Origin: Camelus dromedarius
Lineage: Eukaryota
Length of the DNA stretch: 64,000 nt
Assembly (NCBI RefSeq): GCF_036321535.1
Contig: NC_087436.1
Location: forward strand, 93,808,001 to 93,872,000
Direction: 5' to 3'
Made by a program: the position numbers and the translations under genes
The notes under the pieces: model-generated
The model's database searches: none
Seen by the model: only the letters and a program-made list of their open reading frames with translations
What the model was told of the DNA's origin: nothing
Shown: positions 51,951 to 64,000 of the stretch, one piece after another
Numbering within the stretch: position 1 is the first letter of the stretch
Layout: each line of letters begins with the position of its first letter

Positions 51951-52624
51951 CATTTGTTTCTGAAATACTGTTTTCTTAGAAAATAAATTATAGACCTGAA
52001 CATAGTGAGACATTTTGGCATTGGCAAAGGGTTAATAAAATGGTGGCATATCTAAAAATTCTATTGAATCGATGATTTCACTGGGAGCACTGTGTGTGCA
52101 TTTTGGGTCAAAACAAAGCTCATGTCTCAATGTTAGAATATCCTAGCAAATCAGATGGCATGAAAGAGGTAAAGGTTTATATAATTTTTATGGAGATCCT
52201 TGCCCTAATGCTCAGGATACATAATTTAAGTAGGTATGATATTCCTTTGTGAAATGTCAGTCACTTTATAGTGAAATTATACATGTTGCCTCAGCATTTA
52301 AATGCTTGAGCAAACATAAAAGAAAAAATATTAAAAAACAAACTTTTTTTCATTTTAAATCTAAAGGATTACGAAGAGGCATATGAAATGATAGGAAGGA
52401 GTATTTTATGTTTTAATATAAATAAAAAACTCTCATTCCTCCCTCATACTAACCCAACCACATCAGACCAATCAAACAAACACTCAAAATAAGAAAAACC
52501 CTGAAACAATAATGACTTCTCACTAGGTTTGACTATACTATCTTATTCTAAACTTAGATTTGGGGGGCCACCTGCTGGTAAATTGATGAGTTGTCTATAA
52601 TTTTTTTTTGAATGAATGTTCAGC

Positions 52625-52710
52625 TAGGGTTGCCAGATAATTTGCACGATGCTTGGTTAAATTTGAATTTCAGATAAACAGCAAGTAATTTTTTAGCGTA
52701 AGTATGTGAA
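52625..52710. mobile_element. MER53-like hAT fragment
   Basis: tagggttgccagataa...gttaaatttgaatttcagataaaca. Confidence 0.6.
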
Positions 52711-53729
52711 GACAGTACTTGCTCCATATACCAATGCTACCTTGTTTTAAATTTACAGTTATACTCTTTCAAGTGACTTAGAAAAGGTTTTCTTAAAATC
52801 CAGGTAGTATGATTATTTAGGAATATATTCATTGCTATACTCATATGCTCTAGCATGAAATGTTTGTCTTTATCTATTGCATTTATATCCACTCCTTATC
52901 ATTTTTTACTTGCGTTCTTCTTCCTAGTCTGTGTATTTCTCTCCTGTTGCTACAGTCTGATATTTAAGGAATCTGGGTCAATTACAATTGATGAATGAAA
53001 AGCCAAAAGGGAATTCATTTCATTCTCTGTAGGCTCATTGCAGATTCTACTTATCTTTAAAAAAAAGTGAAAGGGATATACATGTATATTTTATTTTTGA
53101 CCTTTAAAATTTTTAATTTATGTTTTGAATTGGTCATATATTCACATGGTTTTAAATTTTTTAAATATACAAGAGAATATTCAATGAAAAGTCTCTCATC
53201 TCATCTTTGACACAGAGACAACCAATAGGCTTTATATGATCTTTAGTCATCTTAAGGAAAGACATTATTTTAAAGTGAGAGGAGACAATAAGATTGTCTG
53301 AGGGGGAAATAAAAGTACTGTAGATGACAAAAGACATTTCTTTTCTCATATACTATAGTTTTCAATTGAATGGATCAATTTTATTTTGCCTGTGGAGCAA
53401 ATAACAAGATGTATTCTCAAGTCTTGGTTGCATATGAATGATTGCATAATCCAATTCATTAAAAACCTTCATTATAAAATATCACAAGATGGAGATATTG
53501 CTCCATGAAAGTGGCACTGAAAGAGGGTGAATGAAAAAATCTTTTGTCTCCTTTTGGACATTTGAAAACTATCTTTCTTGTCTTCAGTCATTTGAGATAG
53601 TAGGAAACATTCGAAGGGCCTGTGTTCAAATCCCTTTTGAACACAGGTTAGTCTCTTTCTGCCTGTAATTCTGAATTAAATTAATCTCTTAAGAGCCTTA
53701 AGATCATCTGTAAATTCAGGCGTTGCACT

Positions 53730-54362
53730 TGTTACAAAGATTACATTAAAAAATAAATTTGAAATGGTGATGCCTTCCGACCAAAGCCACCAAGAATAAA
53801 CCTACAGTTGAACAAGTTGGGTTTATCACTCATTGTACTGTCATTGTAAGGGAATGGGGAAGAGGAGGGTCTCTCAGTAAGAGGGTGTTAAAGAAAGGGC
53901 CTATTTTAGGATTTGGGCTGTGGTTGGGTGATTTATGGGAGGGTCCAGGAAGCAGGGTTGACCCTGGATTGAGTGCTGTTAGAATGCAGGGACAATTAAT
54001 GACTGTGTATCTCAATATTTATTTATAGGGACGGTAGAGTGAGGTTAAATTCTAAAGGTAAAGGAATGGTACTGAATCCTATTAGCTGAAAACGGAGCCA
54101 TTTGGGATTTTGTGGGTTGTACAGTGACTTTGTTTTTGTCCATGCCTAGACAAAATTATTAAGTGGTCTTGTTTTGTCTCACTTTCTCATGGCCCCAGAG
54201 TGACCTTGACTAATTCTGATGTTCTGTGAGATTGTTTATGTCCAACAGGAGAATAACTTGACCTAGCTGTGAGCTCCAGGCCAGCTTCTGAGCACACTCC
54301 AGCCTAGCTATAAGTTTAAAGTCAATTGCTGGATGTCAGGGGTTGCTTTTTTTCTTTCTTAG
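53730..54362 (-). mobile_element. Probable ERVL-type solo LTR
   Basis: cagttgaacaagttgggtttatcactc motif, LTR-like length; subfamily uncertain. Confidence 0.45.
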
Positions 54363-55708
54363 AAAGCACTGGCACTTAGTTGAAGCTCAATAAAACTTGG
54401 TTAGATCTGGATTGTATTAGAATTACTTGATGATGTATTGTTCTCCATCACTGGACAATGAACTTCTAGTGGACAGAGGTCATGTTTCATTCAGCCTTTT
54501 GCTCTCTCTCACATGGAGCAGGTGCTTAATACTACTGACAAGAAATGTCTTCATAGCTTTGCTCTTGGTACCTCTGCTTCTCTCTCCCTCCCTTCTATGT
54601 CCTCCTTCCCTTTTCTCTTAATCAGCTGTAGTAAACAAGAACGTATGAGGTTGATAAAGCCATGATTCTGTAGCGCAATCAGAATGATACTGCTTTAAGG
54701 AAGTCAGCCAAAATAGATACGTCACTTTCTATTCTCCCAAGTGTTTAAGGGGGTCCAAGTACAAGTACATAGTAGCTCTTATTTTAAATCTTGACTATTT
54801 AAAAAAAATTGTAATAAATAATCTTCACTATTTAAAATTCTCTTGCGCCCAAAAACTCTTAAGATCCTCCCATCTTCCTTCACCACAACTTCACATACTC
54901 CCCTCACTCTTCTCCTCTCTGCTTTGCACAGGGCCACACAACACACTCTGAAGGACCTGCTGCGTTTCTTAGGCTCTGGTTGGTTTTCTCTGGTTCTGTT
55001 TTCTTCTCAAAGAGTTGAGGTGGTGTGGGTGAGTTTTCATTACCTGTAATTGTGGACTAGATTTTTCAAATTAGCGTTCCTATAGAAAACAACAAAAAAA
55101 TTTCTGGAAAAATATGAAAACGCCAATTAGATGCTTCAAAGATCTGACAAAATAGCAAGAAATAAAAAGGCTAAGAACCCAGAAAGGTGATCAGGGTACA
55201 GAATCTGCTTTTGTTCTGAGGGCATTTGTTCATTCTAGCAAATTTGAACCTTCATAGAGATGGCCTTTACAGGTGAGAAGGTCAGAAATGAAAGCACAGT
55301 ATCTGCAGAAATGCAGTCTAGTAAGAGACCTTCCCCACAGCTGGGAGCCCAAAGAGCTACACCCTTAGGGTCAGGCTGAACCAGAAGTAAACAAGACATC
55401 AGTCAGACCTTCTGTGTGAGTTTGGGAATCTCATGTCTAGGACCTGTTGATTTCATACTGGTTGTGCCCAAAGGGAACTGGCAAAAATAAATGCACATCT
55501 TCTTTGGAGGAAAGAACCCTTCATCCAGGTCTCAAATTATTCCTACAAATAATATTTCAAGTACAATGGGCAGCACATCAAGAAAATGAAAGACACAAAC
55601 AATGTACTGTAACAACAATGAAAAACCTTACCCATTCGAGTCTTAAAGAAATTAAAGTTTTAAAAAAGTAAGACCTCGTTATTTTGCGTAAGAAATGAAG
55701 TAAGCAGA

Positions 55709-55843
55709 GGGAGGTGGATATTGCTCTGTGGTAGAGTACATGCTTAGCATGCAAAAGGTCCTGGGTTCAATCCCCAGTACCCCAACTAAGTTTTTTTTTA
55801 AATAATAAAGTAAGTAAGTAAGCAAGCAAGCAAGCAAGTAGAG
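55709..55843 (+). mobile_element. Second tRNA-Ala-derived SINE (Vic-1-like) with a (TAAG/CAAG)n tail
   Basis: gtggtagagtacatgcttagcatgcaaaaggtcctgggttcaatcccc; degenerate TSD aagtaagcagag/aagcaagtagag. Confidence 0.8.
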
Positions 55844-56594
55844 CTGAATGGCAGCAGATACGAAAAAGCTTCAGGGCTAAACCTTGGCTGCAATGTTATT
55901 AATAGTGATGCGTAGCTGAGAAAGAGGTGCTTAAGTGGAAATTGATTGTTCAGAGCAAAGTAGCTGTAGACCGAGGGAGTAAAAGCTCCCCTCCACTAGA
56001 AGCCAGTCAGATACAGACATCACATTTTAAAAGGATAATAACATAAACAAACTGAAACACTTCCAAAGGGTAATTGCATTGTTGAAGGGTGAGGAGTCTG
56101 AAAACTGACTGCTGAGAAATGGCTAAAAGATCTGAGGATTATTAATCTCCTGGAGCAGTCATTTTCAAATTCTTAAAGGAAAGAAGCATCTGATTTGTTC
56201 TGAATTGTTTCATTTGGCAAATAAACATAATGATGACAACTAGCACTTATTAACCACTTATTATGTACAAGGCACTACTAAACACTTTTACAGAAGTATT
56301 TATCATCAAACCTGACAATAAACCTGTGAGTTAAGCACTTTTATTACTAGACATAAAGTTTGGTAACTAGCCTGAGGTCATATAGATAGTAAGTTTTAGA
56401 GCTGGGATTCAGACCCAAGGAATCTAATTCTGAAATGTATACACTTAACCACTGGGCTGTGTTGTTACACTGACTGTTCATTCTACCCTTTTAATTCTCA
56501 TGCCAACCTTACGAGATAGGTACCCCAATTTCTCCCATTTTAGAGATAAAGAAACTGATATTTGGAAAAGTACTTTCCCACGGTCACAAAGCAA

Positions 56595-59500
56595 TTTTTT
56601 TCTCTTTTCTTTTTTAAGCAGCTTTGTTGTGGTAAAGTTGATACACAATAAACTGCACATATTTGAAGTGTATAATTTGATAAGTTGTGACTTATGGGTT
56701 TCTCTGAGAAAATCATTTAGCACAATCAGTATAATAAACTTATCCATCACCCCCAGAAGTTTCCTTGTGATCCTTAGGAATCCCTCCCTCTTCCGCCTCC
56801 TTGCCCTCCCTCAGCCCCAGGCAACTATTGATCTGCTTTCTGTCCCTGTAGATTAGTTTGCATTTTTCAGAACTTTATATAAATGGAATCTAACAATGGC
56901 TGAGCTATATTAGAGCCTGAAGCAAAAGGAAAAATCAGTCATACCAACTCTTCCTTTTTTTTAAAATTTTTGTTACTTCATTCAAGAATATTTTGCATTA
57001 AGTTTTATTTTTTAAAATAGTACATTAAAATATCATTTATCTTGATTACTGAGTTTCTTGGTACCTCCTTAAATTTTGAGCCAAACATAAGTGCCTCACT
57101 AGAATCACTTTATTTACCTTAGTCCTGACCCTGGATTTATATCCTTTTTTTTTCCTTTTTGACTGTTAATACGATAAATTATATTGACTGATTTTCAAAT
57201 TTTTGACCACTCTTGTATTCTGCAAATAAATCCCACTTGCTTATGATGCATTATTCTTTTTTTATATATTAATGGATTCAATTTATGAAAATTTTGTTCT
57301 CAATTCTTGTTCCTATGCTCATGGGGGATATTGGTTTGTAATTTTCTTTGTCATAATGTTTTTCTCTAGTTTTTGGTATCAGAGTAACACTGTTCTCATA
57401 GAATTAGTTAAGAAGTATTCAATCCTCTTCAGTTTTTTAGAAGAATTTGCATAGAATTGGTATAATTTCTTATTTAAATGTTTAGCGGTGTACATCAATG
57501 GAGACATCTGGACCTAGAGTCTTTCTGTGAAAACCTTTTTTCATGACAGATTCCATCCTTTAAAAGATAATAGGGCTATTCAGGTTATCAGTTTCTTCCT
57601 GAGTGAACTTTTTTGGTTTGTGTCTTTGAAAAAAGTTATCAATTTCATCTAAATTGTTAAATTTATTAGAATAAAGTTAATATTCTCTTTATCATTTACT
57701 AGCTATAATACTTGTAGTGATGTCACCTCTCTCATTTCTGATGCTGGTAATTTGTATCTTCTCTCTTTTTTTCCTGTTTAATTTGATGAGATGTTTATCA
57801 ATTTTATTGATCTTCTCAAAGGACTATCTTCTGGTTCCGTGGATTTCTTTCTTTTCTTTTCTTTTTTTTCTATTTCCTTGATTTCCACTCTGATCTTTAT
57901 TATTTTCTTTCTTCTGCTTACTTTGGAATGAAATTTTTGGAGGCCTTGAAAGAGGTAAATATATTTTGCTAATGGGAAGAAATTGAATCATTTGGGTCCA
58001 GAAGGCAGACTGTGGTACCCAGCCTTCAAGATGGCCTTTAAAGATCCTTGCCTCTTGGTTTTTATGTCCTTGTAATAGTTCTCTGTCACATTGTATCAAG
58101 AGAGCTGTGAACCACATATGTGGAAGAAGTGATGCTATGTAACTTTCAAGGCTGGGTTAAGAACTACGTGACTTTTGCCTCACTCTTTTCCCTTTTTCAC
58201 TGTCTCTGGGGGAAGCCAGCTGCCATGCTGTAAGGGCACTTACCAGTGCAGCAACCCAGAAAGAACTGAGGCCTCTGGCCAATAGCCGGAAAAAAATGAG
58301 GCCTCCTACCAATAGCGCCTGAGTGATATTTGAAGGGGATCTTTCAGCCCCAGAGAAGGCTTCAGTGATTGGAGCCCTTGTCACAACTTATGACGTCATG
58401 ACAGACGCTGAGTCAGAACCACTGAGCTAAGCTTCTCTGGCATTCCTGATCCAAAGAAACTGCGAGATAATAAATGCTTGTTATTACAGATAATTATTAT
58501 GGAGCAATAGATTGCTAATACACTTATCTTTGTTCCTCTGTACATAATTGTCTTTTTTCTTTTCAGCGTTTTCTCGTTATCCTTGGTTATTTATCCCTGG
58601 TGTAGTTTTCTTCATATGTCTTGTGCTGGAAGTCATTGAACCTATTGTATCTGTGGATTTATAGTTTTCATCAAACATGGAAATTTTTCAGCCATTGTTT
58701 CTCCAAGTACGTTTTATTCTCTAATCTCTCCTTTCTTTCAGTGATTCCAATTGTACATACTTTAGCTACTTGAAGTTTTTCTGTAAGTTCACTGATGCTC
58801 TTTTTTCGTCCCAGTTTTTCTCTCTGTGTTTAATTTTGAATATTTTCCTATTATAATGCTTTTACATTCCTCATAATGTCTAATTTGCCATTAATTTCAA
58901 GTGTATTTTTTAAATCTCAGGCATTTAAATTTCATCTCTAGAATTTCAATGTAGATATCAAAATATACCTTCCATTCTCTACTTAACCTGTTCAGTCTTT
59001 TCTCCAGTTTCTTGAACGTATGTTCCAATGTCCTTGTCTACTAATTATATCACCTGTGTCATTTTTAGGTTAGTTTTGATCTATTTATGTCCTCAGTATG
59101 GATTGTATTTTTCTGCTTCTTTGAATGCTTAGTAATTTTTTATTTGATACAAGACATTGTAAAATTTACCTTGTTGAGAGCTGAATAATTTCATAATTTT
59201 ATAAATATTATAAGGAACTTGACTGAGTTATTCTGGAACTCAGTTAAGTTTATTGGAAACAGATCCTTTCAGCTCTAACTCTTAAGTTTATTTATCCAGG
59301 ATCACAGCAGCATTTAGTCTAGGAATAATTTTTCCCCACCACTGAGACAAGACTCCTCCAGTATAATGTAAATTATGAAATTTTCTACTCTGGCTGTTAG
59401 GAACAGGGGCTATTTCTGGCCCTTAGTGAGCTCCAAGGACTGTTTACTCTTCCCTCTAATCCCTGCAGGTGGTTCTTTCCCTGACTCTGGGTAATTTCCT

Positions 59501-59780
59501 CACACACATTTATCGATCGGCACTCAACCAAAAACTAAAGGGGACCCTCTGCAGACCTCCAGAGTTGCCTCTCTGTGCTGCTCTCTCTGATCCTGGACTC
59601 TGCTCTGTTAATTCTGTGCCATCATTTGTTTCCCAGCTCTCAGAGATCAATGTCCTTGGTTGCCTAATGTCAATATCTTGAAGGCTGTTTTTTCCTACAT
59701 TATGTTCAGTTGTTCAGTTGCTTCAGGTGGGAGAGTAAGTCAGGTCCTTGTTACTTCATCTTGACTAGAAACAGAAGCTG
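56595..59780 (-). mobile_element. Old L1M fragments interrupted by a MER96B-like element (about 56898-57133) and an MLT1 LTR
   Basis: T-rich antisense L1 3' end, ORF2- and ORF1-region remnants. Confidence 0.6.
58011..58522 (+). mobile_element. MaLR LTR (MLT1F/G-like)
   Basis: tgtgg...gcaatagattgctaataca termini; ggggaagccagctgccatg core. Confidence 0.75.
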
Positions 59781-59883
59781 TCTTTAAAAAAAAAAAAGCA
59801 TCGTGTTCTAAATCATTAGGTTACAGCACCTCAAACAACAAGAACAAACAAACAAACAAATAAACAAACATTAAGATAGTACC

Positions 59884-60239
59884 TGTCTTAGTTCAGGTGC
59901 TATAACAAAGTACCATAGACTAGATGGTCTATAAATGGAAATTTCTTTCTCAGAGGCTGGAAGTCTGAGATGAGGGTGCCAGCATGATCAGGTTCTGCTG
60001 GCTGCCCTTATCTGGGTGGCAGACTACTGACTTCCTGTTGTGCCCTCACGTGGTAGGGAAGAGAACCAAGTGAGCTAGTTCTCTAGCCTCTTCTTGCACA
60101 GGCACTTAATTACATTCATGAGGGCTCCACTGTCATGACCTAGGTATCTCCTGAAGTTGCCTCCTACAAATATTATTACATTGGGGGTCACATTTCACAA
60201 TACAGATTTTTGGAGGACACAAACTTTCAGTCCATAACA
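59884..60239 (-). mobile_element. MaLR LTR (MLT1A-like)
   Basis: tgtcttagt...gctataacaaagtaccatagact...ggctggaagtctgagat...cagtccataaca. Confidence 0.8.
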
Positions 60240-60316
60240 ACACTAAAAGCATATTTTGACTCAATATAGAGAATGCCTTACTGTAATCACAATTATACAA
60301 AAATGGAATGGTTTTC

Positions 60317-63300
60317 TTTTTTTTTTTTAACATTTTTTATTGATTTATAATCATTTTACAATGTTGTGTCAAATTCCAGTGTTCAGCACAATTTTTCAGT
60401 CATTCATGGACATATACACACTCATTGTCACATTTTTTTCTCTGTGAGTTATCATAACATTTTGTGTATATTTCCCTGTGCTATACAGTGTAATCTTGTT
60501 TATTATTCTACAATTTTGAAATCCCAGTCTATCCCTTCCCACCCTGCACCCCCCTGGTAACCACAAGTCTGTATTCTCTGTCTGTGAGTCTATTTCTGTC
60601 CTTTATTTACACTTTGTTTTTGTTTGTTTGTTTGTTTTTGTTTTTGTTTTTTAGATTCCACATATGAGTGATCTCCTATGGTATTTTTCTTTCTCTTTCT
60701 GTCTTACTTCACTTAGAATGACATTCTCCAGGAGCATCCATGTTGCTGCAAATGGCATTATGTTGTCGGTTTTTATGGCTGAGTAGTATTCCATTGTATA
60801 AATATACCACCTCTTCTTTATCCAGTCACCTGTTGATGGACATTTAGGCTGTTTCCATGTTTTGGCTATTGTAAATAGTGCTGCTATGAACATTGGGGTG
60901 CAGGTGTCATCCTGAAGTAGATTTCCTTCTGGATACAAGCCCAGGAGTGGGATTCCTGGGTCATACGGTAAGTCTATTCCTAGTCTTTTGAGGAATCTCC
61001 ACACTGTTTTCCATAGTGGCTGCACCAAACTGCATTCCCACCAGCAGTGTAGGAGGGTTCCCCTTTCTCCACAGCCTCTCCAGCATTTGTCATTTGTGGA
61101 TTTTTGAATGACGGCCATTCTGACTGGTGTGAGGTGATACCTCATTGTAGTTTTGATTTGCATTTCTCTGATAATTAGTGATATTGAACATTTTTTCATG
61201 TGCTTTTTGATCATTTGTATGTCTTCCTTGGAGAATTGTTTGTTTAGGTCTTCTGCCCATTTTTGGATTGGGTTGTTTATTTTTTTCTTATTGAGTCGTA
61301 TGAGCTGCTTATATATTCTGGAGATCAAGCCTTTGTTGGTTTCACTTGCAAAAATTTTCTCCCATTCCGTAGGTTTTCTTCTTGTTTTACTTCTGGTTTC
61401 CTTTGCTGTGCAGAAGCTTGTAAGTTTCATTAGGTCCCATTTGTTTATTCTTGCTTTTATTTCTTCTAGGAGAAAATTTTTGAAATGTATGTCAGATAAT
61501 GTTTTGCCTATGTTTTCCTCTAGGAGGTTGATTGTATCTTGTCTTATGTTTAAGTCTTTAATCCATTTTGAGTTGATTTTTGTATATGGTGTAAGGGAGT
61601 GTTCTAGCTTCATTGTTTTACATGCTGCTGTCCAGTTTTCCCAACACTATTTGCTGAAGAGACTGTCTTTGTTCCATTGTATATTCTTGCCTCCTTTGTC
61701 GAAGATGAGTTGACCAAAAGTTTGTGGGTTCATTTCTGGGCTCTCTATTCTGTTCCATTGGTCTATATGTCTGTTTTGGTACCAATACCATGCTGTCTTG
61801 ATGACTGTAGCTCTATAGTATTGTCTGAAGTCTGGGAGAGTTATTCCTCCAGCCTCTTTCTTTCTCTTCAGTAATGCTTTGGCAATTCTAGGTCTTTGAT
61901 GGTTCCATATAAATTTTATTATGATTTGTTCTAGTTCTGTGAAATATGTCCTGGGTAATTGGATAGGGATTGCATTAAATCTGTAGATTGCCTTGGGCAG
62001 TGTGACCATTTTAACAATATTGATTATTCCAATCCAAGAGCATGGAATATCTTTCCATTTTTTAAAGTCTTCTTTAATTTCCTTCATCAATGGTTTATAG
62101 TTTTCTGTGTATAATTCTTTCACCTCCTTGGTTAGATTTATTCCCAGATATTTTATTACTTTGGGTGCTATTTTAAAGGGGATTGTTTCTTTACTTTCTT
62201 CTTCTGTTGATTTATCGTTAGTGTAAAGAAATGCAACTGATTTTTGAACGTTAATTTTGTAACCTGCTACCTTGCTGAATTCTTCAATCAGCTCTAGTAG
62301 CTTTTGTGTGGACCTTTTAGGGTTTTCTATATATAGTAACATGTCATCAGCATATAATGACACTTTTACCTCTTCTTTTCCAATTTGGGTCCCTTTTATT
62401 TCTTTCTCTTGCCTGACTGCTGTGGCTAGGACTTCCAGGACTATGTTGAATAGGAGTGGTGATAGTGGGCATCCTTGTCTTGTGCCAGATTTTAGTGGGA
62501 AGCTTTTGAGTTTTTCACCGTTGAGTACTATGCTGGCTGTAGGTTTGTCATATATAGCTTTTATTATGTTGAGATATGTTCCCTCTATACCCACTTTGGC
62601 GAGAGTTTTTATCATAAATGGGTGTTGAATTTTATCAGATGCTTTTTCTGCATCGATTGAGATGATCATGTGGTTTTTGTCCTTTCTCTTGTTGATGTGA
62701 TGTATTACACTGATTGATTTGCGTATGTTGAACCAGCCTTGTGTCCCTGGGATGAACCCCACTTGGTCATGATGTATAATCTTTTTTATGTGTTGTTGGA
62801 TTCTATTTGCTAAAATTTTGGTGAGGATTTTGGCGTCTATGTTCATCAGTGATATTGGCCTATAATTCTCTTTTTTTGTAGTGTCTTTGCCTGGTTTTGG
62901 TATCAGGGTGATGGTGGCTTCATAGAATGAGTTTGGGAGTATTCCCTCCTTTTCAATCGTCTGGAAGAGTTTGAGAAGGACTGGTATGAGTTCTTCTTTG
63001 TATGTTTGGTAGAATTCCCCGGTGAAGCCGTCCAGTCCTGGACTTTTATTTGTAGGGAGGTTTTTAATTGCTATTTCTATTTCCTTTCTAGTGATCGGAT
63101 TGTTCAAGTGTTCAGATTCTTCTTGATTCAGTTTTGGTGGACAGTATGTTTCCAGAAACTTGTCCATCTCCTCTAGGTTATCCAGTTTGGTTCCATATAG
63201 TTTTTCATAATATTCTTGTATGATATTCTGTATTTCTATTTTGTTTGTTGTAATTTCTCCATTTTCCTTTCTTATTTTGCTAATTTGTGCTCTCTTTTTT

Positions 63301-63606
63301 CTTCTTTGTAAGTTTGGCCAGAGGTTTGTCGATTTTATTTACTTTTTCAAAAAACCAGCTTTTGGTTTGGTTGATTTTTTCTATGGTCTTGTTAATCTCT
63401 ATTGTATTTAATTCCTCTCTGACCTTTATTATTTCCTTCCTTCTGCTGCTTTTTGGGGCTTTTTGTTCTTCTTTTTCTAATTCATTCAGGTGGTGGGTTA
63501 AATTGTTTATTTGAGATTGTTCTTCTTTTTTGAGGAAGGCCTGTATCGCTATAAACTTCCCTCTTAGCACTGCCTTTGCTGTGTCCCATAGGTTTTGAGT
63601 GGTTGT
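60317..63606 (-). mobile_element. Young 5'-truncated L1 (3290 bp) with a nearly intact ORF2 remainder
   Basis: Perfect 13-bp TSD tggaatggttttc (60304-60316 and 63607-63619), poly(A), RT YADD, C-terminal Cys-rich motif; ORFs of 96, 506 and 320 aa. Confidence 0.97.
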
Positions 63607-63687
63607 TGGAATGGTTTTCCTTGTAAACTATTGTATTTCCTGTTACTGCAGATGTTAGCAGAGGTTATAGGAATTGTCTGGATGTTG

Positions 63688-63891
63688 TAGGATCAGCAAA
63701 CCACAGCACACAAGCCAAATCTGTCTCACCACCTGTTTCTGACACAAAGCCATACACATTTTTTACCATATTCTGTATGGTGCTTTCATGCTACAGTGGC
63801 ATAATGGAGCAGTTGTGACAGAGACCGTGCCCTTTAAAGCCTAAAATATTTACTATCTGGCCCTTTACAGAAAAAAAATTGACAAACTCTG
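63688..63891. mobile_element. MER58A-like hAT element
   Basis: agcagttgtgacagagaccgtg...gcctaaaatatttactatctggccctttacagaaaa. Confidence 0.75.
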
Positions 63892-64000
63892 TTTTAAAGC
63901 ATCAGATATGGCTGAGGTGTCAAAATGACTCTTTGATCCCTTCCCAACTTGAGATTCAATGAGTCTGTGAAAACAGGGAATAAGTTTTGTTATCTAATGA

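Noticed and set aside
61153..63514. Plus-strand ORFs of 63-186 aa
   Set aside because: Standard antisense frames of L1 ORF2
1..64000. CRISPR array, operon, retron, defence or other novel multi-gene system
   Set aside because: Intron-rich mammalian DNA with no regularly spaced repeats; all RT-like ORFs are ordinary L1 ORF2 pieces

Overview
Mammalian nuclear DNA, most likely a camelid (two tRNA-Ala(AGC)-derived SINEs of the Vic-1/VicSINE type plus artiodactyl-type L1s). The window holds (i) the last coding exon and long 3' UTR of APBB2 (FE65L1) on +; (ii) the complete NSUN7 gene on -, with 11 coding exons that splice via GT-AG into one uninterrupted 2178-nt ORF (725 aa), a probable non-coding exon 1 and a CpG-island promoter near 42.2-42.7 kb; and (iii) about 21 kb of repeat-rich upstream DNA with L1, LTR, MIR and DNA-transposon remnants, including a young 3.3-kb L1 with a perfect 13-bp TSD. 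I found no prokaryote-type or otherwise new multi-gene system. The best second-look items are: interlocked opposite-strand poly(A) signals where APBB2 and NSUN7 converge; a 21-bp intronic hairpin that is fully paired only in the NSUN7 sense; a 15-codon uORF and an RFX X-box at NSUN7; degenerate methyltransferase motifs in NSUN7; and several rearranged L1s, one creating an inverted repeat around exons 3-4. Gene identities come from recalled protein sequences. Repeat subfamily names and boundaries were read by eye and are approximate.
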